Below are positions 52,501-63,931 of a DNA stretch of 64,000 nt, piece by piece (position 1 is the first letter of the stretch; each line of letters begins with the position of its first letter). The stretch is from Octopus bimaculoides (taxonomy: Eukaryota). The notes below the pieces were generated by a model. The model did not search any database, had not been told where the DNA came from, and saw only the letters and a list, made by a program, of their open reading frames with translations. The DNA is taken from contig NC_068982.1 in NCBI RefSeq assembly GCF_001194135.2, forward strand, positions 151,772,121 to 151,836,120, written 5' to 3'. A program made the translations under genes and the position numbers.

Positions 52501-55500
52501 GATTGTAAGCTGCTTGTTGACTCGGCCCCAATATACCATGATTACTGTGTTAGAAAATGTGATCTACGATATTTCAGTAGCTTTTATTTCTTCAATTTAA
52601 GGATGAGACAAAGAATTAATAATATACAGAGTTTTAGAAAGACGCAGAAATACGCAGATTGATGGAATTAAAGTGTCTAGCATCAATGAGAAAGAATTTG
52701 ATATATTCTCCACCGATTATTTGCGTCTCTCTTGCTTTTCATCGAGGAAAACATTATTTCAATATTCTGTTGATACTGAACGGATTCTGGATGAAGGCAA
52801 TAATTACATATACATAAGGGAATACTAAAAACACGTGAATAGACGAAGGGATATTGTCAAAACATAGAATCTATATTCATTTCCTAATAATTGAGAATAT
52901 GAAAATATTTGAACTATTAAACTTACAGTTAACACTATCTACGAACCCTTTCACATTGATAGCGTGGTTATATCATCGTCAACTTATAACATGAGTTCGT
53001 TATAATTCTGCTGTAATTACTGCCATGTATTAAATAGTCACCAGTCAGTGTGAATAATTTTACATTCAATAAAATATAAGTGTGTTGATCAATTTCTGCT
53101 TCTGATCAAGAGATTTGATCTCCTCAGTATTAATGAATTTGTTTTTGATCTCAATAATGAACAATTCATCAATCTTTATAGGAGTTAAGTTGTGAACCCA
53201 AACCCAACACACAGTCAGTTCGTATATTAGAATTATGCAAGTATGTTTGTTTGTGTGATGAAATTCAGCATCTACATCATAATAAACAAACCTCCAAGCA
53301 ATTTGATGAATCAATATCTACATATAAACAATGAAAATAAAAAAAATTCAAGAGATAAATCACAAGAAGAAGCTATAAATGACTAATATGATTTTGAATT
53401 CGATTGCATACTTAGAAATTCTAACCTATTATAATGGTCATACGAGTATAATACAGTCCTACCGATTGACTATGCACATACAACAAGTAGGGGTTTCAAT
53501 GCGCTAAACTACACAACACAAAACAAAACTAGATAGAACACGTTAGTGGCAATGCTATTATATTTTATATAATTCCACACAAAAATAGACAATATATGAT
53601 GGAACCAATAGAACCAATGGAACCAATGACCTGAATTTCATTTACCAGAAGATACAGAAACAGAACACTGACACTTCAGCTTCAATTTATTATCATTTGG
53701 CATATTGTTTACGAAATATATAAATATATCGTAGTTCAATCGCCCCCAATTTTAGAATTTTATAATGCAGTGCATCTTCCTTCTTTTATCTGCTTGGTTG
53801 ATATATCTTGTTAAACAAACTGTACTCTAACTAACGTATATGTATATTTGCTTTCCTTCTATCTGGTTCCCACTAGTTAATTTTCTTTCTACTTGAGTAA
53901 GTTTTTATTTATGAGCCAGATAGATCAGGGAAATTTGGTAATTTATATCAAATGCTTGCTTCTCTTTTAAGTGTTTTATTATGCTGTGTGCATATTAATC
54001 ATTCTTAATCTTTTCCTCCACTTAATGTTGTTGTATCCTATCGGTTGAAATAATTTATGAATAGTTGTTCGTCTGTATTTCATCTAATACTACTTATCAC
54101 TATTTCTATCTGGCTATCATTTGTTTTAAATATTCCACTATAAAATATTTTTTGCATAATTCGGTTAATCCATTTCATGTAAAAACAACACCTTCATGCG
54201 CCAAAATATTTCGTTCATTCATTCTGACAGCCAGAATCGAACTTGAATATACGTAATGACTGAATTGTCGAAGGAGAAATTAAAAAAAAAAAATGGAAAG
54301 CTCATGAAACGACTCTGTAGTTCTAAATAGAATGTATCTAAAAATAGCCACGGCTTAAATGCCTTCGATCATGCATGATCGAAGTTGAAACAATGCTCAA
54401 AGTTAATCTTTGGTTAGACAAGTGATTCTGCTGTTCACTAAAACCTTATCAGATACATAATTATAGGACTTTTGTCTATCATGACCCCTACGACTCGTAA
54501 GACCGGAATTCAACTCGGTTTCCATGGTTTGTAAGTAACTATATTTACAACACTTTCCTTGAACGAATAACCGGTTTGTTACAGGCTTAATATCCCAGTT
54601 ATTGCTGGAACTCATTTACAGCCAGATATAATGGCGTTATTTTTTTCTTCTCTAACTCTGTATACTCTTTACTTAACATGCTCCTCTTTTAGTGGATACT
54701 GACGGGATGGCTTTGAACCTCCGCCGCAATAAAGAGCCACCCTCCCAACCTCGGCTTGAATCCATCGCTCCTCAGCCTCCTTTAGGATACTTGGATAGCT
54801 GATGTTGACACACTTTTCAATCCGATCAAATATAACCCGCAAACCAAATTTGACACGAAACGACACTAGTAGTTTTCAGATTAGACAATTACTACACGAT
54901 TGGTATTACTATTTCACATCTTCAATCAAGTCTGTGATTACATTCCATATTTACGATGTTTGTGCAATTAGAAATAAGACAGAGGGTTGTATATTTATGT
55001 TTATTTGTTTGTAGTTGACATTTCTTGTTTTGTCATTTCATTATATGGCTAGACATAGATATTTTGTAGTTGCAATCAGCTGTTCAGTTTACAGCTTTAT
55101 TCCGATAATTTTGAATCATTGTTGACTCTCTTGTTAGTTCACACCGACTATCTCAAGTATTTCAGAATAATAGTTTTTTTCCTTTTTTATACAATCTGCC
55201 AGTTCTCCACTTGTCTTGATGTAGGGGTTCTGTATTTCATGTATTTTGCACTGTTTCGGCCTCTTAACAAATTTTAATCTAAATTCATATCATAAAATGC
55301 TTCACACAAACTACTCTCTACCTTTCATTTCTTTTTTTGAAATTCAGTTTTGAGCTATCTTTTACTTTTTGCCGTTATCTAATCATTTTCCTTCGGTATA
55401 ATTAACTTCGTGCATATCGGTTACTTTTCTTTATATATCTGGATTTAAATTTATTTTTTTATCTTCTCTTATCAGTTTTACCTGCCTCTAATATCTTTCA

Positions 55501-55786
55501 GAATTTTATATCAGCATTATGTATGCATATTATCCTCTCTTCATTGGGAGCGTGCTAAGTATATCCTTTCCCTCAGGATGGCGGGTTTTAAATACAGCCT
55601 ATAGTTATACATATACGTAGTTATACATATATTCTTATCTCGGCTTTTCAATTCACTTAAATTATAATGTGTTAATAAAGTTTATATGCGAATAGAATGT
55701 GGCAGTCCTATAAAGGACGATGTTACTGTTGTTTTAGCTCTAGGAAAACTTCTTTTCCCGCTGGCTATCGATAGCCTTACGTGATA

Positions 55787-55831
55787 CTCACAGACCTAGT
55801 TTTCTGGTTGGTTACCCGTACTCCGTGTGAG
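55787..55831 (-). ncRNA. Type I hammerhead ribozyme motif, core mutated (inverted partner)
   Basis: Perfect stem I CUCACA/UGUGAG, with GAAA, CUAG loop and GUC retained. The core reads CGGAGUA (U4G, G8U), so it is predicted to be inactive. Confidence 0.6.
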
Positions 55832-56070
55832 ACAACCACAGGCTGGTGAAGAAAGCTCCTGGGACTATAAAACAACAGTAGCAGCAACCTTTATAGAACT
55901 GTCAGATTCTGTTGGCATATAAACTTTACTATCCGGTATTGTTACTGTATATCTCTCGCTCAGAGATTGAAAACAAGTTGTTTTTGTCTATACGAGATCA
56001 GCAACTGTGTCGCTTAAAGAAAATATAGTATTTGTGAGTGAAGGAGCTTTCGTCACTAGCCTGTGGTTGT

Positions 56071-56115
56071 CTCACACTGAGGACGGGTAATCACTTAGAA
56101 ATCTAGGTCTGTAAG
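56071..56115 (+). ncRNA. Type I hammerhead ribozyme motif, core intact
   Basis: Stem I CUCACA/UGUAAG (5 of 6 pairs); CUGAGGA core (56077-56083); stem II GGGU-AAUC-ACUU closed by a C.A mismatch; GAAA (56098-56101); stem III AU-CUAG-GU; GUC cleavage triplet (56107-56109). Confidence 0.72.
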
Positions 56116-58090
56116 TATCACGTAAGGCTAGAGATGGGAGCGATGATATCCCTTGAACATGCTTATACGGAACAAACTGTGTGTTGATGGCCACATGTTT
56201 TCTTAGGGCTAAAACAACAGTAACATTGTTTTTTTCTATACAATATATTATTCAAATTTGTATTTTTATGATTGAGATGGTTAATGTATAATCCTATTGG
56301 GTGCCACTGTTAATACTAGCCTGACTCTTCTGTAATAGTCTTGTCCAATTTCCTCTTTCTACATCGTTGAATCTCATTATCTTCATCTACTCCTTAGGTA
56401 CATGTATGGCTGCTTCTTTTATAAACGTGTGATTCAATATTTTGATCTAATTTGTATGATTACATATACATTTTAACATCTCGTCTTAATCCATGAGTAT
56501 CACCTCATGTAGTTTTAGGATGATGCTTATTGTTTAATCATAATATTTGAAATTGATTGCTTAATTTCATAGATTTATTTGTGGACTTAGAGTGACATAA
56601 ACAGAGAAATGAGATTAAACCGTCTCCACAGCAACTTATTATTTTCTTATAATCTCTTTAGCCTGACGTGTCATTCAAGTACTCTTTTAACATGGTGTAG
56701 TTATTACATAATGCCTTAGTACCGGGGCGTGACGAGTGGTTCATTATTCATTGGTTTTGATTGTTATGTTGTATAATGTTTTTCGGTAATCAATCTATTC
56801 TAAGCTTAAATTCGATGCTTATATTCTGACTGATATCCTTTCCGCCTTAATTTTTCCTGGAATCAATATGTAACTGTTAAAGAGAATCATTAACTGAGGC
56901 AATATCATTAATACTGGAGAGCTTGTGCAGGTGATAGGAACAGCCCTTTCCTTCCGACTAAACAATCAAAAGTTTTTTAGTCTACAAACTGCTGGTTGGT
57001 CTACTGTTTGCAAATAATAGTACTCTTTTTATACAGAACGTCCCGAGAGTTGACTCTGGTCTCTATTAATTCATTGAATGTATTTCATATTCTCGGGATT
57101 CATACTCCGAAATCCTTCCAGTTGCTTGCGGTCTTGAGTCTGTTGTACTTTTCCCGATAGTGATTTTGATTCATATTGTGTTGTTGTTTTGCATAATATT
57201 GTGCAATTTTTATCCAGATATATATTTTGATTCTTGAAGTTTGATTGGATATCTCTTGTTTGTGACGTAACTACCGCTGTGATATGTCTAAGAAGAATAT
57301 TTTCGTATTTGTTTCATATATACAATCCCGGTGGAAAGACGCTCTCACATATTTAAAAGTGTCTTGTCAGGCATGTTTTGCCAGGATCAGTCGTTTTAAT
57401 TTTTTTCCACTTCCATGAACTATTCTTTCTTAATATATATTTTCCATATTCTGTTATGTTTTTTTTTTCATATAACCCTTGCTCTTCTTTTTATTTTGTT
57501 AGACTTGTGTGAGAAAAGATTTACTTATTTGTGGAGCAATTCAGTTTTCCCCAAAAAATGCAAATGCTACGAATGTGAAACTTATTTACTTTACCCTATT
57601 ACCATTAAATGAAAATACATTGCAGGGCTTGGCTGTTCTTTTAATAGCATTTTCAGAAGCATTTCTTTTTCTGTTGCTTGCGGGTATGTTTCCATTGATC
57701 GAGTTCTATTGATTTTGTTATGTTCATTTTTATGTTATATAGTTCTCTGATAGATTTCCACAATGTTAATTCATTCTGTTTTGATGTTCGTTATAATTCT
57801 TTTGGTCCTGTAGGTTCTTATATGTGGTGCCAAAGTATATTTTTGCTGTAACTAGGTAATTGAAATCGCCTTTTCTGTGGTGTCATGTTTGGTAAAGTTC
57901 CATATTCTATTTTCTTTATTTTCCTCTCGTGTTTACTTGTATTTGCGAATACTTGTCTTTTTTGTGTTTTTTAAGTGACCAGTTCACGTTGCCATTTATG
58001 TTGAATAATTTTCTTCGAATTTTTCGGTCTCATTTCTTTGTGTGTCGAGCATTGTTAGATTGTGATAGATTTTATTTCGGTATGCAAGTA

Positions 58091-58823
58091 TACTCTTTAC
58101 TCTTTTTACTCTTTTATTTGTTCCAGTCATTTGACTGCGGCTATGCTGGAACACCGCCTTTAGTCGAAAAACATCGACCCCAGGACTTATTCTATGTAAG
58201 CCTAGTACTTATTCTATCGGTCTCTTTTGCAGAACCGCTAAGTTACGGGGACGTAAACACACCAGCATCGGTTGTCAAACGATGGTGGGGGACAAATACA
58301 GACACACATACATACATACATACATACACACACACATGCACACACACGCACACACACGCACACACACGCACACATGCATATATATATATAATAGTGTACA
58401 AATAATTTACGTATTTATACACAAAAGATGTAACCTTTAACAGGACACCTTACATGCTAGAAAGGGCAGTTAAAGTCCAAACCATGAATAAGTGTAATTT
58501 CAAAGACAAGGAAATTAAAAGGTCACCTCTTTTGTGTATAAATACGTAAATTATTTATACACTATTTTGTATGAAAAATATGTTGTCCATTGACTTTATT
58601 ACGCATACTGTCCACCGGTAAGAAAATTTCTCTAAATTTTCTACCCTTATATATATATATATATACACGACGGGTTTCTTTCAGTTTCCATCTACCAAAT
58701 TCACTCACAGGGTTTGGTAGGCTCGAGACTATAGTAGAAGACACTTGTCCAAAGTTCCACGCAGTGGGACTGAACCCTGAAGCATGTGGTTGTTAAGCAA
58801 GCTACTTACCACACAGCCACTCC
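58091..58823 (-). mobile_element. OK-like SINE split into 3' body (58091-58310) and head (58640-58823) around microsatellite and inserted sequence
   Basis: Head GGAGTGGCTGTGTGGTAAGTAGCTTGCTT...GGTTCAGTCCC; tail (AAAGAGTA)n. Confidence 0.85.
58390..58566. repeat. 177-bp foldback (MITE-like) insertion within the split SINE
   Basis: 58390-58428 versus the reverse complement of 58528-58566: 1 mismatch in 39 bp. Looser pairing extends about 13 bp further inward. Confidence 0.85.
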
Positions 58824-59640
58824 CTCACATAGGATTGTTGCAGCCTCTTTTCAATTTCCATAAGTGTTGTTTTTAGGCAGGACCTTTTGCTACTTTTGGG
58901 ATGCTGGTTGAGTCGATTTGCAAGCTTCGTCCGTCGTCTCATGAGGATCTTCCTCTCCCTTGGAATCTTGTTCCTATTTGTTTTGACCTTGTGGGACATA
59001 TTTCTGGCATATGGCTTGCACAATAGACTTGAAACATTCTAATTTCATGTCAATGTCTGGTGTGGAAAGACATTTTGGCCAGTCCTCTCTGAGGATGTCT
59101 TTCTGGATCGATTTCCAGTCTGCTTTGTGGAAGTTCAGATTGGAGCGGGTGCTTCCTTTAGGCTGTATGTTTTTGCTTACTTTCGGCCCAAACATAGACA
59201 GCTCTATTATGTTGTGATCTGAGACTAATGTCGGCGTCACTTTCACATCATGAATGATGTCCATATTGTTCGTGAAGCAGAGATCCAGAATGTTATTCGC
59301 TCTAGTTGGTCTGAGAACAGTTTTCTCCATGAATAGGGCATTGATGAGGTTGAGCATGGTCTCCACCTGTGCTTGCTTGTGATGATCCATTCCTGAGAGT
59401 ATGAGACCTTCGGGCCATTTGACATTGGGGAAGTTGAAATCACCCATAAGTAATATGGTTACGTGGTGTTCCAGTTTCACGAGGATTTCTTTAATTCTTG
59501 TGAGACAATCTTCAAACTTGCCTGTGTGGTTTGGAGCATCCGGTGGGCAATATATATTGCATATGACTATATTATGTTGTCTTAGAATGTATACAATTAG
59601 AGTGTCACATACCGAATTTGAGTATGACAGTAAGACCTGG
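58824..59640 (-). mobile_element. CR1/L2-group LINE ORF2 fragment: C-terminal half of the AP endonuclease plus linker
   Basis: NIVICNIYCPPD, ILLMGDFNFPNVKW, PTRANNILDLCFTN, SDHNII and NFHKADW. Truncated at the SINE head (58823). Confidence 0.9.
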
Positions 59641-60067
59641 GGTTGTCCAATGGGATGAGGGCTCCTTTCCTTTGTAGGACCACTGGCACAGAGGGGCTTC
59701 TAGTTGCTGCTTCCTTGGCTCCACTATCCTTTTCTGCATGGACGTTCACTTGAGTGGGTGATCCATTCTTTTGAGGAACCACTGGATGAAAGAGACTTCC
59801 GGGTGTTGTTTCCTTTTCATCTTCTCCATCCTTATCGGCCTTTTCACAATAGTTCTCGATTATGACATCCAGGGTGTCAATGTGTGGTCTGATGAGCGTA
59901 TAGGATCGGAGGAATTCATTCTTCTTCCTCTCTATCTGGTCAGTGGTTCTGTGAAAGCCATTGTTTTTCAGTGCAGCAGTGATGATGTTGTTTGGCGGAT
60001 CGCCACTAGCAATTATCCATGCTCGCAACAGAAGATTTAATTCTTTCTTCTCCCACTTTCGTGTCAT
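59597..60067 (-). CDS. Putative LINE ORF1 N-terminus with a Myb/SANT-like (trihelix) domain, probably pseudogenised
   Basis: ATG start. WEKKELNLLLRAW...IITAALKNNGFHRTTDQIERKKNEFLRSY fits the W..E...LL..W...IA..L...G..RT..Q...K..N...Y pattern. It abuts the APE fragment at ~59640. Confidence 0.6.
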   Translation of the reverse strand: MTRKWEKKELNLLLRAWIIASGDPPNNIITAALKNNGFHRTTDQIERKKNEFLRSYTLIRPHIDTLDVIIENYCEKADKDGEDEKETTPGSLFHPVVPQKNGSPTQVNVHAEKDSGAKEAATRSPSVPVVLQRKGALIPLDNPRSYCHTQIRYVTL

Positions 60068-60084
60068 CTTTGTTTTTTAAGCCC

Positions 60085-60705
60085 AGAAGGGGGGTAGAGG
60101 ATAGAGAGGAAGTGAAAGATAAAGGGAGGTAGAAAAGAAGAAACACAGAGGGGGGAATAGGGAAAGAGAGAGAGCTATATGAAGGAAAGAGAGAGAGAGA
60201 TATGAAGGAAAGAGAGAGGTACTATGAAGGAAAGATAGAGGGTGATATGAGGAAAGAGAGGGGGTGTGGGGTATAAGAGAGACAGAGGGAGGTAGAGGGA
60301 AGAGAGAGACAGAGTGAAGGAGAGCAGGGGAAGAGAAAGAGAGACAGAATGAAAGAGAGGAGGGGAAGAGAAAGAGAGACAGGAAAGGATGAAGGATGTG
60401 AGAGAAAGGGAGAAACGGAGTGAGAAGAGAGGTAAATAAGAGGTGTATGCGGGAGAGGGTGAAGTGACAGAAGAGGAAGATGTTGTGAGATACAAAGAAA
60501 AGGAAAGAGAACTGAGAAAAGAGGAGGATATGAAAGGGAGGGAGAGAGAAGGAGAGAGGGAGAGAGGTATGTGTAAAGAGAGATAAAGGGAGGGAGAGAG
60601 GAGCGGGAAAGGGAGGAATATATGTAAGGGAGGAATATATGTAAGGGAGGGAGCGAGTAAGAGGTAGGTGTGAAAGAGAGAATGGGAGCAGGTAACGAAG
60701 ATGTG
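60085..60705. repeat. ~620-bp purine-rich (GA) low-complexity tract
   Basis: Almost entirely G/A on the + strand, with short internal duplications (TATGAAGGAAAGA; GGAATATATGTAAGGGA twice). Confidence 0.9.
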
Positions 60706-61080
60706 TAGGAAAACGAAAAACGAAAATTTATAATTCTAAATGGGATTTGTAATTCAAATAATTCTAAAGAGATAAAGTGAAAAAAGAAACGATAGTGAAA
60801 AGAAAGGGATTTCGTAATGGTTTCTATTTTCCAAAGAGAATGAAAGCTAAGTGGTCGTTGTAATAAAAGTTGAATGAAAATTATAGTGAGAATTCTCAGA
60901 AAGTAAACAAAGATTAAGTCGTAACTCAAATGTTACCTAAGTTAAAAGAAAATAAACAAATGAAAAGGATACTTATTCGTAAGGGGTAAAATTCCAAATC
61001 CTTGTTTTTCTACGAAGAAGTTTACTTTCAAAAACAATTCTTTTTTTGCTTCTTACATTCGGCTGCAAATAAAACTACGA

Positions 61081-61399
61081 CTCTGATTTAAGTCTAAAAA
61101 ATGTTTGTAGTAGGTGGATAGTTGTGGGAAGTCTGTGTTGTATATGGCTTGGTGAGGAGAAAATGGGTGTAAAGTGTGTCTGTGGTAGTATGTTTGTGGT
61201 GGAGTGACAGTGTAGTGGACTAGATTTTGGTTGTTCTGAGGGTTGGTGTATTGTCTATGGCTGGTGTGGTTTGGGTTAAATTTATTGTTAATTTTGTAAT
61301 GTGGATGGAGGGAGAAGTTATGTTGTCTAGTTATGCTGTGTCTAGCTAAATGCTTGAAGTATCAATGTTGAGGGATAAGTCTCGGAGGCAAATTTTTCC
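61081..61399 (-). mobile_element. Inverted partial copy of the adjacent Penelope-like element
   Basis: The reverse complement aligns to 62497-62805 with scattered substitutions and one ~10-bp indel. Confidence 0.85.
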
Positions 61400-61424
61400 G
61401 CATTTTCTCCTTTTTTTTTTACTC

Positions 61425-63130
61425 TACTCCTATTTATACCACGCGTTTTCTCGTTTCTCCTTGAAAGCTATTTCTATTGTATTTTATTACACGTGAGATT
61501 GAAAATGCCACAGATACCAAACACCTCAGTTAAAACTTTAGGAACTAAAAGAGATTAACTGGAATTTAAGACTCCTAATTTACAAGATTGATGAACATAA
61601 TCGATTTACACAAGAGGCAAAGGAAAAAGAAGAGAAAGAACAATCTCTGGAACAACTCAATCAACATTTGACCGAATTATGCACCACTCTACAATCGTTA
61701 CTTCATAATAGTGATATAAATGAAAATCCTCTTACAGACGATACACACGATAGAACCCCCTCCACATTAACGCAATCAGTTAAAAACCGTATTATCCATA
61801 TCCGGAATGAGAAACTTAAAACCAGAAAATTTTCTTTCTGGAATATGATTAAAAAGAACAAGGTAGAAATTTATGAACGCTGGTTGAATTCAACTCCAAT
61901 AATCTTACTTCGTAAATTTCAAATTAAACTAATACCAAACGAGCAGGACCAACAAAGACAATTAAGGGAGAAACTAGCATTGGAAAAAACGAAGACGGAA
62001 ATCGAACTCCCTTAAACTTAGAGCATTAAATAATGAACAAAAATTTAAAAACATAGATGAGGAAATACATACCGAACTAAGGAAACATTCAGATGGTCAA
62101 CGCTTGGGGAGTGTTTTCAAACTGTAGAAAACAACATGCTAAACTGAAGAAACCAAGTCCCTACAATGCTGGAGAAGACAAGCTAATTTTTACCAAAAAC
62201 TACTAAACACAGCTCAATATAGAAAACATATCGGATAACCCCTTCCTAGAGAAAAAGAAACCAAAACTCCACGCAGAAATGATAATCTAGGGGACACAAT
62301 TCCACCGACCTCACCTCCATTCTACCCACAAATAACTTTCAAACAACAAATAGGGAATCCGCTCGTAATAGAAAATCCTAACGTAATTTTCAAGGCCCCC
62401 AACATACAAATCAGAAGATCCATCAAAGCCTCCAGACTAACCTAAACTTTCGAGAACCACTATCTACCAATCTACCCCGATCATCTCACACACAATGGAA
62501 AAATTTGCCCCAAGACTTATCCCTCAACATGGATACTTCAAGCATTCAACTAGACACAACATAACTAGACAACATAACTTCTTCCTCCATCCACATTACA
62601 AAATTAATAATAAATTTAACCCAAACCTCATCAACCATAGACAATATAACAATCCTCAGAACAACCATAATCTAGTCCACTACACGGTCACTCCACCACA
62701 AGCATACTACCACAGACACCTATCTTCTCCTTACCAAACCAAATACAATACAGACTTCCAGCAACCATCCACCTACTACAACCATTTTTTAGACCTAAAT
62801 CAGAGAAACAGAGATGTGAAATGGAGCAAAATGTACAAGAACAACCGAAAATAATCAACTTATCAAAGAAAATCCTAAGTACTACACAAACTAAAATTCT
62901 AGCAAGATGTTTAAAGTTTGCACCAACCCCTTGCAGATCGAACTCAAATGACATCAAGGATAACACTATGGATTTTTGCCGAAAATTGTGCCCCACAGAA
63001 GCACTTCACAACTACACCAGCGAAGATGACTCATTAGTGAAAAACAAAAACGAATACTGTCGTACAAAAGGCAGAAATAATGACTCTGAAACGTCTTTAA
63101 CAATTCATAATAATGGCTTTTATACCTCTT
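61425..63130 (+). mobile_element. Penelope-like element, 5' portion; degraded and truncated before the RT core
   Basis: IINLSKKILSTTQTKILARCLKFAPTP...FCRKL...DSLVKNK...GRN matches the conserved pre-RT region of Penelope-like elements (INLS..LS..E..L.KGLKF.PTP). An upstream N-terminal region reads RKFSFWN...IYERW...IILLRKF. Confidence 0.8.
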
Positions 63131-63303
63131 AATTCTACTTCAGTTCATCTAATTGTATATATATATATATATCGTTACTTTTCATAAAAAAAAAGCCTTT
63201 ATGTTTTTTATATCCTATGTGCATTTTCTCCTTTTTCTTTTTACCTTTCCCCTATTTATATTACATATATATATATATATATATATATGTNNNNNNNNNN
63301 NNN

Positions 63304-63349
<46 letters not shown>

Positions 63350-63821
63350 ATTTATGTGTGTGAGTGTGTTTTCCTTGATCTTAATTTAATTTTTCGGAGA
63401 GTTCAAGTCAGACGCTAGCAAGGTAACAAGGCTTTTTAAGTTAAGAGAGTTTCCGGTGTCTGTAAATAAGTGGTTGATTTGGTGTTTTGGTTGAACCGTT
63501 GATGCATACTCTCAACTATGTGCATCTATTCACATAATATTCTCTCATGAAGAATTTTTTGAAATGTCTTACACATCTTCACTGAGTCATTAAAAGATTG
63601 GATATGGACAATCCGCGTTAGTTGCTTTTGCTCTTGTTTCGTGAAACCGAGTATTCCTAAGTTTTTGTGTATGTACGTATATATGTGTGCATATCCCATT
63701 ATTTATTTGTTTCCATTAGCGCTGCTTGTTTCACATTCGAAGTAAAACCCGCAACGATTTTCTGATTTGTTCTTTTTATAATCTCCTTGTTACATTAACA
63801 TGAATTTTCAATCTCTATATA

Positions 63822-63833
63822 ATAATGATGATG

Positions 63834-63930
<97 letters not shown>
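63822..63930. repeat. (GAT)n grading into an (AAT)n microsatellite
   Basis: Direct reading. Confidence 0.97.

Positions 63931-63931
<1 letters not shown>

Larger units (their letters stand above)
55720..56226. mobile_element. Foldback element with 30-bp outer and 89-bp inner inverted repeats
   Basis: Outer repeats 55720-55749 and 56197-56226 (2 mismatches). Inner repeats 55772-55860 and 56042-56130 (10 mismatches, no gaps). Confidence 0.92.
55300..58070 (-). mobile_element. Very old RTE-like LINE fossil, interrupted by the foldback element at 55720-56226
   Basis: Collinear decayed motifs on the minus strand: IRTYR (APE end), KGCS...INDI (QG motif, ~56930), GKIKAERISVRI*ASNL (position of the YADD motif), then the thumb region. 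Many stops. Confidence 0.55.

Noticed and set aside
53150-53195. CUGAGGA followed by a perfect 6-bp hairpin on the minus strand; similar partial hits near 16972 and 33385
   Set aside because: GAAA is missing or misplaced and stems I/III do not form, so these are not hammerheads.
54660-55100. Possible Penelope GIY-YIG remnant (CTNIVNMEC; LKEAEERWIQ)
   Set aside because: The similarity is marginal and the defining motif is not readable.
538-63389. Most ORFs in the track (YIYI, HTHT, CVCV, MYVC, poly-I/N/L/X)
   Set aside because: They are translations of dinucleotide, trinucleotide or tetranucleotide microsatellites or of N-gaps, with no protein signal.
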